Source: Escherichia phage vB_Eco_Solly. From it: a stretch of DNA of 64,000 bases. Position 1 is the first letter of the stretch; every line of letters starts with the position of its first letter. A model generated the notes under the pieces. That model did no database searches. It had not been told where the DNA came from and saw only the letters and a list, made by a program, of their open reading frames with translations. Position numbers and translations under genes: made by a program. Shown piece by piece: positions 53,501 through 64,000 of the stretch. The DNA lies in sequence record OY720021; one strand, written 5' to 3'.

Positions 53501-54430
53501 ACAACACGTTCTACTGTATTTGAAGTTGGTGATGAAACATCTAATCACTTTTATTCTCAACGTAATAAAGCTGGTAATATTACGTTTAGCATTAATGGTA
53601 CTGTGATGCCAATAAATGTTAACGCTTCCGGTTCATTGAATGCGAATGGCGTTGCAACATTTGGTAGTTCAGTTACTGCTAATGGTGAATTCATCAGCAA
53701 GTCTGCAAATGCTTTCAGAGCAATAAACGGTGATTATGGATTCTTTATTCGCAACGATGCTGCTAACACCTATTTCATGCTTACTGCATCGGGTGATCAG
53801 ACTGGCGGATTTAATGGATTACGTCCTTTAGCTATTAACAATCAGTCCGGTCAAGTAACGATTGGTGAAAGCTTAATCATTGCCAAAGGTGCTACTATAA
53901 ATTCAGGTGGTTTAACTGTTAACTCGAGAATTCGTTCTCAGGGTACTAAAACCGCTGATTTATACACCCGTGCACCGACATCTGATACTGTAGGATTCTG
54001 GTCAATCGATATTAATGATTCAGCTACTTATAACCAATTCCCGGGTTATTTTAAAATGGTTGAAAAAACTAATGAAGTGACTGGACTTCCATACTTAGAA
54101 CGTGGCGAAGAAGTTAAATCTCCTGGTACATTGACTCAGTTTGGTAACACACTTGATTCGCTTTACCAAGATTGGATTACTTATCCAACGACTCCAGAAG
54201 CACGTACCACTCGCTGGACACGTACATGGCAGAAAACCAAAAATTCTTGGTCGAGTTTTGTTCAGGTATTTGATGGAGGTAACCCTCCTCAGCCGTCTGA
54301 TATCGGTGCTTTGCCATCTGATAATGCTACAATGGGGAATCTTACTATTCGTGATTTCTTACGAATTGGTAATGTTCGCATTATTCCTGACCCAGTGAAT
54401 AAATCTGTTAAATTTGAATGGATTGAATAA
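50561..54430 (+). CDS. 34: long tail fiber proximal subunit gp34
   Basis: 1289 aa; repeated beta-motifs (ITPKKL...RTATETRRGVAEIAT); late promoter box at 50519. Confidence 0.97.
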   Translation: MAEIKRKFRAEDGLDAGGDKIINVALADRTVGTDGVNVDYLIQENTVQQYDPTRGYLKDFVIIYDNRFWAAINDIPKPAGAFNSGRWRALRTDANWITVSSGSYQLKSGEAISVNTAAGNDITFTLPSTPIDGDTIVLQDIGGKPGVNQVLIVAPVQSIVNFRGEQVRSVLMTHPKSQLVLIFSNRLWQMYVADYSREAVVVTPANTYQAQSNDFIVRRFTSAAPINVKLPRFANHGDIINFVDLDKLNPLYHTIVTTYDETTSVQEVGTHSIEGRTSIDGFLMFDDNEKLWRLFDGDSKARLRIITTNSNIRPNEEVMVFGANNGTTQTIELQLPTDISVGDTVKISMNYMRKGQTVKIKAAGEDKIASSVQLLQFPKRSEYPPETKWVTVQELVFNGETNYVPVLQLAYIEDSDGKYWVVQQNVPTVERVDSLNDSTRARLGVIALATQAQANVDLENSPQKELAITPETLANRTATETRRGIARIATTAQVNQNTTFSFADDLIITPKKLNERTATETRRGVAEIATQQETNAGTDDTTIITPKKLQARQGSESLSGIVTFVSTAGATPASSRELNGTNVYNKNTNNLVVSPKALDQYKATPTQQGAVILAVESEVIAGQSQEGWANAVVTPETLHKKTSTDGRIGLIEIATQSEVNTGTDYTRAVTPKTLNDRRATESLSGIAEIATQVEFDAGVDDTRISTPLKIKTRFNSTDRTSVVALSGLVESGTLWDHYTLNILEANETQRGTLRVATQVEAAAGTLDNVLITPKKLLGTKSTESQEGVIKVATQSETVTGTSANTAVSPKNLKWIVQSEPTWAATTAVRGFVKTSSGSITFVGNDTVGSTQDLELYEKNSYAISPYELNRVLANYLPLKAKAADTNLLDGLDSSQFIRRDIAQTVNGSLTLTQQTNLSAPLVSSSTATFGGSVSANSTLTISNTGTATRLIFEKGPQTGTNPAQTMTIRVWGNQFGGGSDTTRSTVFEVGDETSNHFYSQRNKAGNITFSINGTVMPINVNASGSLNANGVATFGSSVTANGEFISKSANAFRAINGDYGFFIRNDAANTYFMLTASGDQTGGFNGLRPLAINNQSGQVTIGESLIIAKGATINSGGLTVNSRIRSQGTKTADLYTRAPTSDTVGFWSIDINDSATYNQFPGYFKMVEKTNEVTGLPYLERGEEVKSPGTLTQFGNTLDSLYQDWITYPTTPEARTTRWTRTWQKTKNSWSSFVQVFDGGNPPQPSDIGALPSDNATMGNLTIRDFLRIGNVRIIPDPVNKSVKFEWIE

Positions 54431-54438
54431 GAGGTATT

Positions 54439-55554
54439 ATGGAAAAATTTATGGCAGAGTTTGGACAAGGATATGTCCAAACGCCATTTTTATCGGAAAG
54501 TAATTCAGTAAGATACAAAATAAGTATAGCGGGTTCTTGCCCGCTTTCTACTGCAGGACCATACGTTAAATTTCAAGATAATCCTGTTGGAAGTCAAACA
54601 TTTAGCGCAGGTCTTCATCTAAGAGTTTTTGACCCTTCTACAGGAGCATTAGTTGATAGTAAGTCATATGCTTTTTCGACTTCAAATGATACTACATCAG
54701 CTGCTTTTGTTAGTTTCATGAATTCTTTGACGAATAATCGAATTGTTGCTATATTAACTAACGGAAAGGTTAATTTTCCTCCTGAAGTAGTATCTTGGTT
54801 AAGAACCTCCGGAACGTCTGCTTTTCCATCTGACTCTATATTGTCGAGATTTGATGTATCATATGCTGCTTTTTATACTTCTTCTAAAAGAGCTATCGCA
54901 TTAGAACATGTTAAATTAAGTAACAGAAAAAGCACAGATGATTATCAAACTGTATTAGATGTAGTATTTGATAGTTTAGAAGATGTTGGAGCGACAGGAT
55001 TTCCTAAAAGAACATACGAAAGCGTTGAGCAATTTATGTCAGCTGTTGGTGGAACTAATAACGAAATTGCGCGTTTACCGACTTCATCAGCGATAAGTAA
55101 ACTATCTGACTACAATTTAATTCCTGGCGATGTTCTTTATCTTAAAGCACAACTATATGCTGATGCCGATTTACTTGCGCTTGGAACTACAAATATATCT
55201 ATCCGTTTTTATAATGCATCGAATGGATATATTTCCTCGACACAAGCTGAGTTTACTGGGCAAGCTGGGTCATGGGAATTAAAGGAAGATTATGTAGTTG
55301 TTCCAGAAAATGCAGTTGGATTTACGATATATGCACAAAGAACTGCTAAAGCTGGCCAAGGTGGCATGAGAAATTTAAGCTTTTCTGAAGTATCAAGAAA
55401 CGGCGGAATTTCAAAACCTGCTGAATTTGGCGTCAATGGTATTCGAGTTAATTATGTCTGTGAATCTGCTTCACCTCCGGATATAATGGTACTTCCTACA
55501 CAAGCATCGTCTAAAACTGGTAAAGTGTTTGGGCAAGAATTTAGAGAAGTATAA
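54439..55554 (+). CDS. 35: long tail fiber hinge protein gp35
   Basis: 371 aa; synteny 34-35-36-37. Confidence 0.93.
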   Translation: MEKFMAEFGQGYVQTPFLSESNSVRYKISIAGSCPLSTAGPYVKFQDNPVGSQTFSAGLHLRVFDPSTGALVDSKSYAFSTSNDTTSAAFVSFMNSLTNNRIVAILTNGKVNFPPEVVSWLRTSGTSAFPSDSILSRFDVSYAAFYTSSKRAIALEHVKLSNRKSTDDYQTVLDVVFDSLEDVGATGFPKRTYESVEQFMSAVGGTNNEIARLPTSSAISKLSDYNLIPGDVLYLKAQLYADADLLALGTTNISIRFYNASNGYISSTQAEFTGQAGSWELKEDYVVVPENAVGFTIYAQRTAKAGQGGMRNLSFSEVSRNGGISKPAEFGVNGIRVNYVCESASPPDIMVLPTQASSKTGKVFGQEFREV

Positions 55555-55559
55555 ATTGA

Positions 55560-55577
55560 GGGAGCCTTCGGGTTCCC
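55560..55577 (+). terminator. hairpin terminator after gene 35
   Basis: GGGAGCC-TTCG-GGTTCCC followed by TTTTTC. Confidence 0.7.
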
Positions 55578-55585
55578 TTTTTCTT

Positions 55586-55593
55586 TATAAATA
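55586..55593 (+). promoter_or_regulatory. late promoter box TATAAATA (genes 36/37)
   Basis: exact consensus 24 nt upstream of gene 36 ATG. Confidence 0.65.
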
Positions 55594-55616
55594 CTATTAA
55601 AATAAAGGGGCATACA

Positions 55617-56279
55617 ATGGCTGATTTAAAAGTAGGTTCAACAACCGGAGGCTCTGTCATTTGGCATCAAGGAAATTTTCCATTGAATCCAGCCGGTGAC
55701 GATGTACTCTATAAATCATTTAAAATATATTCAGAATATAATAAACCACAAGCTGCTGATAACGATTTCGTTTCTAAAGCTAATGGTGGTACTTACGCCG
55801 CGACTGTTCGATTTAATGGAGGAGTACATGTTCCTACTATAGGTAGTAGTCAACAGTGCGGTGTTTATCCGGGTAACGGTGATGCAGCTACTTTTGCTAT
55901 GGCAAATATTGACATCGTTTCGTGGAATGGTATTGGTTTTAAATCATCACAAGGTTCAGCAGACCGAACTGTTGTAATTAATGCACGTAATGGTGATATT
56001 AGTACAAAAGGCGTTGTGACAGCAGTAGGTCAAATAAGAAGTAATGCAGTTTCTCCTGTATCAGCAAATGACCTTACTAGAAAGGACTATGTTGATGGAG
56101 CAATAAATACTGTTACGGCAAATGCGAACTCTAGAGTGTTACGATCTGGTGACACTATGACGGGAAACTTAACCGCACCAAACTTTTTTTCGCAGAATCC
56201 TGCATCTCAACCTTCACACGTTCCACGATTTGACCAAATCGTAATTAAGGATTCTGTTCAAGATTTCGGCTATTATTAA
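55617..56279 (+). CDS. 36: long tail fiber distal subunit connector gp36
   Basis: 220 aa; late promoter box at 55586. Confidence 0.93.
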   Translation: MADLKVGSTTGGSVIWHQGNFPLNPAGDDVLYKSFKIYSEYNKPQAADNDFVSKANGGTYAATVRFNGGVHVPTIGSSQQCGVYPGNGDAATFAMANIDIVSWNGIGFKSSQGSADRTVVINARNGDISTKGVVTAVGQIRSNAVSPVSANDLTRKDYVDGAINTVTANANSRVLRSGDTMTGNLTAPNFFSQNPASQPSHVPRFDQIVIKDSVQDFGYY

Positions 56280-56287
56280 GAGGACTT

Positions 56288-59200
56288 ATGGCTACTTTAA
56301 AACAAATACAATTTAAAAGAAGCAAAACCGCAGGTGCACGTCCTGCTGCTTCAGTATTAGCCGAAGGCGAATTGGCTATAAACTTAAAAGATAGAACAAT
56401 TTTTACTAAAGATGATTCAGGAAATATCATTGATTTAAGCATTTCCGCTGGCGGTAATATCAGTGGAAATATCACACAAACTGGAGATTATTTACAGAAC
56501 GGTACATACAATCTCAATGGAAATCAGTTTGTTTATGCAGGAAAATATATTGAATTTTTACCTAAAACAGCTGGTAATGGTGCGTGGGCAAATCAACACC
56601 TAAATAAAGCTCCTATCTTTACAGATTTAAGTTCAACTACTTCTATTTCAGAATATCATCCACTCATTAAGCAACGCTATAAAGATGGAACTTTTTCAGC
56701 GGGTACATTGGTTGCTGAAGGAAGTTTTAAGATTCATTACATCAATGAATCTGGGGATTCGAAATATTGGACTTTTAATCGTAATGGTAATTTCCAAGTT
56801 GACACAGGCGATTTATTTGTCAGCAAAGGTAATATTTCCGCTTCAGGCAATATTAATTCAGCTACTGGAATAGTTTCTGCTCCACAGATTAATACAAAAA
56901 CCATAGTTTTTGATACAAAGGCATTCGGACAATACGATTCGCAGTCATTAGTTCAATATGTTTATCCTGGAACAGGTGAAGAAAATGGTATAAACTATCT
57001 TCGTAAAGTTCGAGCTAAATCAGGCGGAACTATTTATCATGAAATCGCTTCAGCTCAAACTGGTAAGAATGATGAAATTTCTTGGTGGACCGGAAATACA
57101 CTTACTACTAAATTAATGGGTCTTCGTAATGATGGAGCAATGGTATTACGTCGTTCACTTGCTATTGGCACAATTACTGCTGACGAAAATACTAACAACT
57201 ATGGTTCTCCTACTCCAATGGGAGAAAGATATATTGCTTTGGGCGATGCCGCCACTGGTTTAAAATACGTCAAGCAGGGTGTTTATGATTTAGTAGGTAA
57301 TTGGAATTCTGTTGCTTCTATCACTCCTGACAGTTTCCGTAGTACTCGTAAAGGTATATTTGGTCGTTCCGAGGACCAAGGCGCAACTTGGATAATGCCT
57401 GGTACAAATGCTGCTCTCTTGTCTGTTCAAACCCAAGCTGATAATAACAATGCTGGAGACGGACAAACCCATATCGGGTACAATGCTGGCGGTAAAATGA
57501 ACCACTATTTCCGTGGTACAGGTCAGATGAATATCAATACCCAACAAGGTATGGAAATTAACCCGGGTATTTTAAAATTGGTAACTGGCTCTAATAAAGT
57601 ACAGTTTTATGCTGACGGCGGTATTACATCTGTTAAGCAGCTTTCAATATATAATGGCGTATATTTAGCAGCTAATAATTCTACTGCTGGGCTAACATTC
57701 GCTCCAACTACTACAGTTGATGGCACTAAGCAAATTTTGTGGGAAGGTGGTACTCGTGCTGGGCAGAATAAAAGCTACGTAACTGTTAAAGCATGGGGTA
57801 ATTCATTTAACGCATCCGGCGATCGTACTCGTGAAACTGTATTTGAAGTTAGTGACGGGCAAGGATATTATTTTTATTCACAGCGTTTGGCTCCAAGTGG
57901 CTCTGAAACTACTGGGCCTGTTGTAACCCAGTTCAATGGACAAGTTAATGCTAGAGGGAGCATTATCACCGATGGAAGTCTTAGAGTTAATGGATTAAGT
58001 ACATTATCCGGACAAGTTACTATGGATAACGGGCTTGTTTTATCCGGCGGTGGTTCTATTACCGGTCAAGTTAAAATTGGTAATACCGTAGATGCTTTCC
58101 GTATTTACAATGCTGAATATGGAGCTATTTTCCGTCGTTCTGAAGCGTCTTTGCATATTATACCTACACTTAAAGATGCAGGTGAAAGTGGCGGTATTTC
58201 TAACCTTCGCCCATTGAGCATCTCACTTAACAATGGTATGGTTCAAATGCGCCATTCTGTTACGTTAGGTGATGATGGTGCAGGCGGTAATATGGTGACG
58301 GTTGATAATGATTCTAAAGTTATGGTAATGACGACTAATAGCCGTATTAGTCCTAACTTCCGTATGCAAATTGGACAGTCGTCTTATATTGATGTGGAAT
58401 GTACTGATGCTGTGAGACCTGCTGGAGCCGGTTCTTTTGCTTCACAAAATAATGAAAATGTACGTGCGCCGTTCTATATGAATATTGATAGAACTGATAC
58501 TAGTACATATGTTCCTATTGTGAAACAAAGATACGTTCAAAATAATAGTTGCTATTCTATTGGTACTTTAATTAATGGTGGTAACTTTAGAGTTCATTAT
58601 CACGAAGGTGGTGACGGCGTTTCTACTGGCGCAATTATAAAGGATTTAGGTTGGGAATTTAATAAAAACGGTGATTTTTATTCTCCTGGTAAATTAGGCG
58701 CTGGTAATGTTCGTATTGGTACGGATGGTAATATCACTGGCGGTTCATTACCTAACTTTGCTAACTTGAACTTGACATTAGACCGTAAAGTCAATACCCG
58801 AATGGTTTCTTATTCAGGTACTGGCGGTTGGTATAAATTAGCCACTGTAACAATGCCACAATCCACTTCAACCGTCACATTCGAAATTGCTGGTGGTAAT
58901 GGATATAATATCAACATCCCACACCAATGCGTTACTTCGAAAATCGTTTTAAGAACTTCGAACAATAACCCGAAAGGTATTAACGCTGTTGTTTGGTCGA
59001 TGGATACCGATCAGGGTATTAAGAATGTTGCAACGGTTAATACATCAGGCGATGTTTATGACATCTATGTAAACGTTGGTACTTATGCTCAGGCGTTAGC
59101 AGTTTCTTATTATGCTACTCCTAATGCTACCATTAATCAGATATTTGCAACGGACCAACCGGGTGCAACAGAAACTGCGGTTGAACTTCCTGAGACGGCT

Positions 59201-60235
59201 ATTCAAGGACAGGTTGCTAGTGTTCTGAACAACTTGGCTCCTACCCCTAACGGTGTGAAGCGTTATGAAGCCGATTCTGAAATAGCTATTAATAGCCAAA
59301 CCGGTATTCGTATCAGAAGCAATGCCGATAAAACTGGTTCTGTGGCTACAATGTTACGAAATGACGGCGGTAGTTTTTATATTCTGTTTACAGATAAAAA
59401 TGACACCGATGGCGCAGCAACTGTTAATGGTGATTGGAATAGTAAACGTCCTTTCGCAATTAACTTAACAACCGGCGAAGTGATGATGAATAATGGCATA
59501 GCTGTTCGCAGCGCTGCTTTATTCTATAATAGCATAAACGTCAAAGATAATGGTTCTATTAACTTTGATAAATCAGGTGCTAACCCGAGAAATATGAGAA
59601 TATTTCATGCTGGCGATGCTTCTCGCGGTAACCGTATTGAAATTGCCGATGAAACTAACTATATTGCTTACTTTGAAAAGACTCCAGGTGGAGCTAACCG
59701 CTTTGTAGTAAATAATGCTACTGTAGCTGGTGTTAACCAAATGAATTCATTTGGTATTAATATCAATAACGCACTTGGTGGAAATAGTATAGCATTTGGT
59801 GATAATGATACCGGAATTAAACAATCCGCTGACGGAGTTCTTGATATCATTACTAATGCCGCACGCCGAATGAGATTCCGAACGGGTGACACTTATTCTG
59901 ACATGAATATAAATGCCCCAAACGTTTATATTCGTTCTGATATTCGTTTGAAATCTAATTTCAGACCTATTGAAAATGCTCTTGAAAAGGTTGAACAGCT
60001 TGATGGTTTAATCTATGATAAAGCTGACTATATAGGCGGTGAAATTGTTCAAACTGAAGCGGGTATTGTGGCTCAAACACTGCAAGATGTTTTACCAGAA
60101 GCAGTTCGTGAAGTTGAAGATATTAAGGGTAATAAAATACTCACTGTTTCTTCTCAATCCCAGATTGCTCTTCTGGTTGAAGCTGTGAAAACACTTTCTT
60201 CTCGTGTAAAAGAACTTGAATCTAAACTTATGTAA
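56288..60235 (+). CDS. 37: long tail fiber distal subunit gp37, T2-type with C-terminal intramolecular chaperone domain
   Basis: 1315 aa (longer than T4 gp37); C-terminal ~100 aa carries SDIRLK autoprocessing-type motif and a coiled coil. Confidence 0.93.
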   Translation: MATLKQIQFKRSKTAGARPAASVLAEGELAINLKDRTIFTKDDSGNIIDLSISAGGNISGNITQTGDYLQNGTYNLNGNQFVYAGKYIEFLPKTAGNGAWANQHLNKAPIFTDLSSTTSISEYHPLIKQRYKDGTFSAGTLVAEGSFKIHYINESGDSKYWTFNRNGNFQVDTGDLFVSKGNISASGNINSATGIVSAPQINTKTIVFDTKAFGQYDSQSLVQYVYPGTGEENGINYLRKVRAKSGGTIYHEIASAQTGKNDEISWWTGNTLTTKLMGLRNDGAMVLRRSLAIGTITADENTNNYGSPTPMGERYIALGDAATGLKYVKQGVYDLVGNWNSVASITPDSFRSTRKGIFGRSEDQGATWIMPGTNAALLSVQTQADNNNAGDGQTHIGYNAGGKMNHYFRGTGQMNINTQQGMEINPGILKLVTGSNKVQFYADGGITSVKQLSIYNGVYLAANNSTAGLTFAPTTTVDGTKQILWEGGTRAGQNKSYVTVKAWGNSFNASGDRTRETVFEVSDGQGYYFYSQRLAPSGSETTGPVVTQFNGQVNARGSIITDGSLRVNGLSTLSGQVTMDNGLVLSGGGSITGQVKIGNTVDAFRIYNAEYGAIFRRSEASLHIIPTLKDAGESGGISNLRPLSISLNNGMVQMRHSVTLGDDGAGGNMVTVDNDSKVMVMTTNSRISPNFRMQIGQSSYIDVECTDAVRPAGAGSFASQNNENVRAPFYMNIDRTDTSTYVPIVKQRYVQNNSCYSIGTLINGGNFRVHYHEGGDGVSTGAIIKDLGWEFNKNGDFYSPGKLGAGNVRIGTDGNITGGSLPNFANLNLTLDRKVNTRMVSYSGTGGWYKLATVTMPQSTSTVTFEIAGGNGYNINIPHQCVTSKIVLRTSNNNPKGINAVVWSMDTDQGIKNVATVNTSGDVYDIYVNVGTYAQALAVSYYATPNATINQIFATDQPGATETAVELPETAIQGQVASVLNNLAPTPNGVKRYEADSEIAINSQTGIRIRSNADKTGSVATMLRNDGGSFYILFTDKNDTDGAATVNGDWNSKRPFAINLTTGEVMMNNGIAVRSAALFYNSINVKDNGSINFDKSGANPRNMRIFHAGDASRGNRIEIADETNYIAYFEKTPGGANRFVVNNATVAGVNQMNSFGININNALGGNSIAFGDNDTGIKQSADGVLDIITNAARRMRFRTGDTYSDMNINAPNVYIRSDIRLKSNFRPIENALEKVEQLDGLIYDKADYIGGEIVQTEAGIVAQTLQDVLPEAVREVEDIKGNKILTVSSQSQIALLVEAVKTLSSRVKELESKLM

Positions 60236-60236
60236 A

Positions 60237-60254
60237 AGAGGGCTTCGGCCCTCT
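60237..60254 (+). promoter_or_regulatory. stem-loop with UUCG tetraloop between genes 37 and 38
   Basis: AGAGGGC-TTCG-GCCCTCT then ATTTTT. Confidence 0.6.
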
Positions 60255-60265
60255 AAGGATTTTTA

Positions 60266-61051
60266 ATGGCAATTGTAGGTGTTCCTGGCTGGATTGGCGA
60301 ATCTGCCGTGAATGAAACTGGACAACGTTGGATGGATGCTGCGATGAGAGCAGTTCGTGTTTCAGTTCCCGGTTGGATGAGTTCAATGGCTGGGCAATCT
60401 AAAGAAGTATATTATAGCATTGGTGCTAGTAATTCTTATAATAAAGATACATTAATAAACTGGATAAAAGCACAAGGGTCCACGCCTGTTGTTATTACTA
60501 TTACAGGAAATATTGTTTCTCAATCTACTGGTGTTCCATGCTTAGATTTTCCTAGCTCATTAACTAATGCATACGTGACACTTAATATCAATTCAGGCGT
60601 GCACGTTTGGGGCCGTGGCGGGAATGGCGGAAATAACTCTGCCGGTGGAGCAGGAGGAACTGCAATAAATAATGGAATTGGAACTAGATTGCGTATTAAC
60701 AACAATGGTGTTATCGCAGGAGGCGGTGGAGGCGGTGGAGGCGGATATTATTCTCCTTTTTCACAAATGAGATTAACCTTTGGCGGCGGTGGTGGGCGTC
60801 CGTTTGGTGCTGCCGGTGGGTCTGCTAATATGGAACAGGGTGCTACTGCTGGTACTATTTCTGCACCAGGTAAAGGGTCTGTCAACGGTATCTATAATGG
60901 CGGGAATGGTGGTGATGCCGGAGCCGCAGGAGGTAAATGTAATATTCGCGGTCAAGGATCAGAATATAACGGCGGTGCGGCCGGTAAAGCTGTTACTGGT
61001 AATGCTCCAACTTGGACTAAGGTTGGTACAATATACGGTTCAAGAGTATAA
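60266..61051 (+). CDS. 38: gp38 tail fiber tip adhesin with glycine-rich motifs (T2/T6 type)
   Basis: 261 aa; poly-Gly motifs (GGGGGGGGGYY, GGGGGRPFGAAGG) separated by variable segments. Confidence 0.9.
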   Translation: MAIVGVPGWIGESAVNETGQRWMDAAMRAVRVSVPGWMSSMAGQSKEVYYSIGASNSYNKDTLINWIKAQGSTPVVITITGNIVSQSTGVPCLDFPSSLTNAYVTLNINSGVHVWGRGGNGGNNSAGGAGGTAINNGIGTRLRINNNGVIAGGGGGGGGGYYSPFSQMRLTFGGGGGRPFGAAGGSANMEQGATAGTISAPGKGSVNGIYNGGNGGDAGAAGGKCNIRGQGSEYNGGAAGKAVTGNAPTWTKVGTIYGSRV

Positions 61052-61083
61052 TTTTTGAATAAATATCCTTAAAAGGAGGGTCT

Positions 61084-61740
61084 ATGGCAGCACCTAGAAT
61101 ATCATTTTCGCCCTCTGATATTCTATTTGGTGTTCTAGATCGCTTGTTCAAAGATAACGCTACCGGGAAAGTTCTTGCTTCCCGGGTAGCTGTCGTAATT
61201 CTTTTATTTATGATGGCGATTGTTTGGTATAGGGGAGATAGTTTCTTTGAGTACTATAAGCAATCAAAGTATGAAACATACAGTGAAATTATTGAAAAGG
61301 AAAGAAATGCACGCTTTGAATCTGTCGCCCTGGAACAACTCCAGATAGTTCATATATCATCTGAGGCAGACTTTAGTGCGGTGTATTCTTTCCGCCCTAA
61401 AAACTTAAACTATTTTGTTGATATTATAGCATACGAAGGAAGATTACCTTCAACAATAACTGAAAAATCACTTGGAGGATATCCTGTTGATAAAACTATG
61501 GATGAATATATAGTTCATTTAAATGGACGTCATTATTATTCTGACTCAAAATTTGCTTTTTTACCAACTAAAAAGCCTACTCCCGAAATAAACTACATGT
61601 ACAGTTGTCCATATTTTAATTTGGATAATATCTATGCTGGAACGATAACCATGTACTGGTATAGAAATGATCATATAAGTAATGACCGCCTTGAATCAAT
61701 ATGCGCTCAGGCGGCCAGAATATTAGGAAGGGCTAAATAA
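61084..61740 (+). CDS. t: holin T
   Basis: 218 aa; single N-terminal TM segment plus large periplasmic domain. Confidence 0.95.
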   Translation: MAAPRISFSPSDILFGVLDRLFKDNATGKVLASRVAVVILLFMMAIVWYRGDSFFEYYKQSKYETYSEIIEKERNARFESVALEQLQIVHISSEADFSAVYSFRPKNLNYFVDIIAYEGRLPSTITEKSLGGYPVDKTMDEYIVHLNGRHYYSDSKFAFLPTKKPTPEINYMYSCPYFNLDNIYAGTITMYWYRNDHISNDRLESICAQAARILGRAK

Positions 61741-62013
61741 TTATTTGTTCGTATACATCTCTAGATATCGATATACACCCTCAAAACCCTCGTTGAATTC
61801 GTCGATGAGGGTTTTCTTATCTTCTTGAGTTAATTCAGAAACAATTTTACGGAATGAATTCTGATTTAATTTTCTACCTTCATGCGTTACTCCAATCTCA
61901 TTCAGAAATGCAATAAAATTAGCACGATTCTCAACAATATCTTCTCTGGAAAATTTAATCAAAATAGACGCAACAGTAATAATTTCACGAACTGTATCAA
62001 TGTTTTTATTCAT
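61741..62013 (-). CDS. asiA: AsiA anti-sigma70 factor
   Basis: 90 aa; sequence recalled as T4 AsiA. Confidence 0.93.
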   Translation of the reverse strand: MNKNIDTVREIITVASILIKFSREDIVENRANFIAFLNEIGVTHEGRKLNQNSFRKIVSELTQEDKKTLIDEFNEGFEGVYRYLEMYTNK

Positions 62014-62025
62014 TAACTATACCAC

Positions 62026-62178
62026 TCAATTAGTTGACTTTGTTATAATATCATCAGACGCTTGATTTGTAAACTGGTCTGTGTTATTTTCTTCAAAAAT
62101 TTTTTCTACGAATTCCTTGAACGACTTACGTTCCTGAGCTACATTATGCTCGATTACTTTTTCAAGATTATGACTCAT
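62026..62178 (-). CDS. small hypothetical protein, 50 aa
   Basis: ATG overlaps arn stop in ATGA arrangement; acidic small ORF. Confidence 0.4.
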   Translation of the reverse strand: MSHNLEKVIEHNVAQERKSFKEFVEKIFEENNTDQFTNQASDDIITKSTN

Positions 62179-62453
62179 TCGAAATAATCTTCAATTTCAT
62201 AATCATGGACGTAAATCATTATAGTTTTTAATACATCATCAATACTTTTTCCTGGAGCTGGAATTACGTAGAAATATCCTGCTTTTGAGAGGTCTTTATA
62301 AGTTCCAATCAAGAAATCATTATTCTCAAGATGTAGTTCTTCAACTAATTCATTAACAATTGAATGGTATAGGTTTGGTAGAAACTTATATAGCTTTTCT
62401 AGAATATCAATTTTGATTGTGTATTGAACCACGGATTGAGAATCAATAATCAT
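62175..62453 (-). CDS. arn: Arn anti-restriction protein (McrBC inhibitor)
   Basis: 92 aa acidic protein next to asiA, as for T4 arn. Confidence 0.75.
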   Translation of the reverse strand: MIIDSQSVVQYTIKIDILEKLYKFLPNLYHSIVNELVEELHLENNDFLIGTYKDLSKAGYFYVIPAPGKSIDDVLKTIMIYVHDYEIEDYFE

Positions 62454-62536
62454 AGACCTTCCCCTTATGTTTCTGTTTGCGATTAGATTCTTTAAACGCT
62501 TTCTTCTTATCCTTATGAACAGAAGCTTTATTAAAA

Positions 62537-62755
62537 TTATGTTTTGCGACTAAATTGTTCATAGTGCTGAATTACCTCTCTTAAACATTTGCATGTGAAT
62601 GAAAACTTTTTAGCTACACCACATTCAAATATATGTTCTCTTAAATCACGTGTATCGGTATATCCCATCTCAACGATAAAATGCCGTATTAGATTTTTAT
62701 CTTTATCATTGAGAGAATTAAAATAATCGGATTTTGAATTAATTTCCCTGGCCAA
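62537..62755 (-). CDS. hypothetical protein (arn.x region)
   Basis: 72-aa ORF. Confidence 0.5.
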   Translation of the reverse strand: MAREINSKSDYFNSLNDKDKNLIRHFIVEMGYTDTRDLREHIFECGVAKKFSFTCKCLREVIQHYEQFSRKT

Positions 62756-63035
62756 ATTGAATCACCTTCAGTTGACGTTTTAATTCTTTTATCATCTCTT
62801 CGTTCATCGCAATATAAAGATCGCGTAAAGCAGGTTTTAGCATGTCATTTATTATAGAACTAAATGGACATACATAATCTTTTCCTACGAGCTTTTTGGT
62901 GAATTCCATATCACAGAACTTAAATCCCGGCTCATTGGTATAAATTCCCCAATTAGTTGACATCATTTTATTGGCATGTTCTAGTGCCTGGATTTGATTC
63001 ATAATTCCATCAATTTGAAACTTTTTAATATTCAT
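62739..63035 (-). CDS. hypothetical protein (arn.x region)
   Basis: 98-aa ORF. Confidence 0.55.
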   Translation of the reverse strand: MNIKKFQIDGIMNQIQALEHANKMMSTNWGIYTNEPGFKFCDMEFTKKLVGKDYVCPFSSIINDMLKPALRDLYIAMNEEMIKELKRQLKVIQFGQGN

Positions 63036-63496
63036 TAGTAAAGGTCCTCAGAGTAAAGTTCTTTTTCACTACCACCACGTTCAATACGTACTTGTCCAGC
63101 GTAAGTTGCAATAATCATTGCTTCTTCACGTGTCCAATAATTACTATATTGGTCAATAAACCCTTGGTCATCATTACAAACTTGTTGAGTAACTAATTGA
63201 GGTTTAACTACATCTAAAACTTCTGCCATATCTTTAGAATAATGACGAGCACCTGGAATAATAAGAGTTCGTCCATCTTTTAATTTAAAACGGTTGGCTG
63301 CACAAACAATTCGTCGTTGATACTTTTGGTTTTCATCCCAATACGCAGTCTGCCAACAGATTTCAGGAACTTCTTTCAGAATATCTTCTTCTGTGCATTT
63401 ATAACCATGCGCTTTAAATTTTTCAACAAGACTTTCTGGAGTCTCACGAGATAAAGGAACATTCAGCATTTTTAAACGATTAATAAATGGGTTCAT
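63035..63496 (-). CDS. hypothetical protein (arn.x region)
   Basis: 153-aa ORF. Confidence 0.6.
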   Translation of the reverse strand: MNPFINRLKMLNVPLSRETPESLVEKFKAHGYKCTEEDILKEVPEICWQTAYWDENQKYQRRIVCAANRFKLKDGRTLIIPGARHYSKDMAEVLDVVKPQLVTQQVCNDDQGFIDQYSNYWTREEAMIIATYAGQVRIERGGSEKELYSEDLY

Positions 63497-63822
63497 TTAA
63501 ACCATCCTTTAATACGCTGCCACAAAGTTTTCTGCTGAGCTTTGTTAACACCAATTGAGCGAATAACCGGTTGAGATTCCTGGAATTCTTTATAATCATC
63601 AAGGTAAATTTCGTAAGCTGCATCTGTAAATGAACTTATTGCTGCCATAAAATTATTGCGAATACCTACTGGAGCATCTTTACTTTCACGAATAATCATG
63701 TATTTACCAGTCTTAATCTTTACGATAGTTCCAAGATAAGCTCCATGGTACCAGATGTCCCAACCCTCTTGAGTAGGTTCTGCGCAACGACGAAGTTCAT
63801 TAACAATTTCTAACTTGTTCAT
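63493..63822 (-). CDS. hypothetical protein (arn.x region)
   Basis: 109-aa ORF. Confidence 0.55.
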   Translation of the reverse strand: MNKLEIVNELRRCAEPTQEGWDIWYHGAYLGTIVKIKTGKYMIIRESKDAPVGIRNNFMAAISSFTDAAYEIYLDDYKEFQESQPVIRSIGVNKAQQKTLWQRIKGWFK

Positions 63823-63831
63823 TATTTATTC

Positions 63832-64000
63832 CTCACAGTTCAGATGCTACAGTGATTACAGCTTCAATGTTTTCTGCCGAGCGTTTAATGTCAAGATACA
63901 CATTACCGTTTTTAGCGATTTTACATGACATTCCGATGTCAGTAAATTTCTGAATATGATGTTCCATCATTTTGTATCCAAAAATTCGCATATTTCCGTT
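63832..64000 (-). CDS. 3' end of a minus-strand ORF continuing beyond the window
   Basis: Open reading frame on minus strand ending with stop at 63832-63834 and running to the window edge. Confidence 0.5.

Noticed and set aside
60520-61058. Minus-strand and alternate-frame ORFs inside gp38; also checked whether the glycine runs could be a CRISPR or DNA tandem repeat
   Set aside because: They come from the GGN codon runs of the glycine-rich motifs; the repeats are at protein-motif level with variable spacers that are coding, and there is no repeat-spacer periodicity or cas gene.

Overview
This window is a near-collinear T4-type (T-even, Tevenvirinae) myovirus genome segment, recognised by reading the supplied ORF translations against remembered T4 proteins; no search was run. 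It runs from the 3' end of tail sheath gene 18 through head genes 19-24, rnlB, hoc, inh, uvsW/uvsY and baseplate genes 25-54 (mostly + strand), then a long minus-strand early/middle block (two alt-like genes, DNA ligase 30, rIII, 31, cd, pseT, alc, rnlA, denA, nrdB, nrdA, td, frd, 32, 59, 33, dsbA, rnh), then tail fibre genes 34-38, holin t, asiA and arn. Late genes are preceded by TATAAATA boxes, early genes by GTTTAC-type sigma70 promoters, and operon ends by GC-rich tetraloop hairpins. No tRNA, rRNA, CRISPR array or integrase was seen. I found no clearly foreign or undescribed multi-gene system. The points most worth follow-up are: a 115-codon ORF inserted between frd and td; Hoc carrying an extra tandemly duplicated Ig-like domain; two tandem Alt-type ADP-ribosyltransferase paralogs under one late promoter; a NADAR/YbiA-like ORF nearby; a duplicated 53-bp early promoter module; a T2-type gp37/gp38 adhesin module; and absence of the T4 introns and seg homing endonucleases. 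Comparisons to T4 are from memory and need confirmation by alignment.
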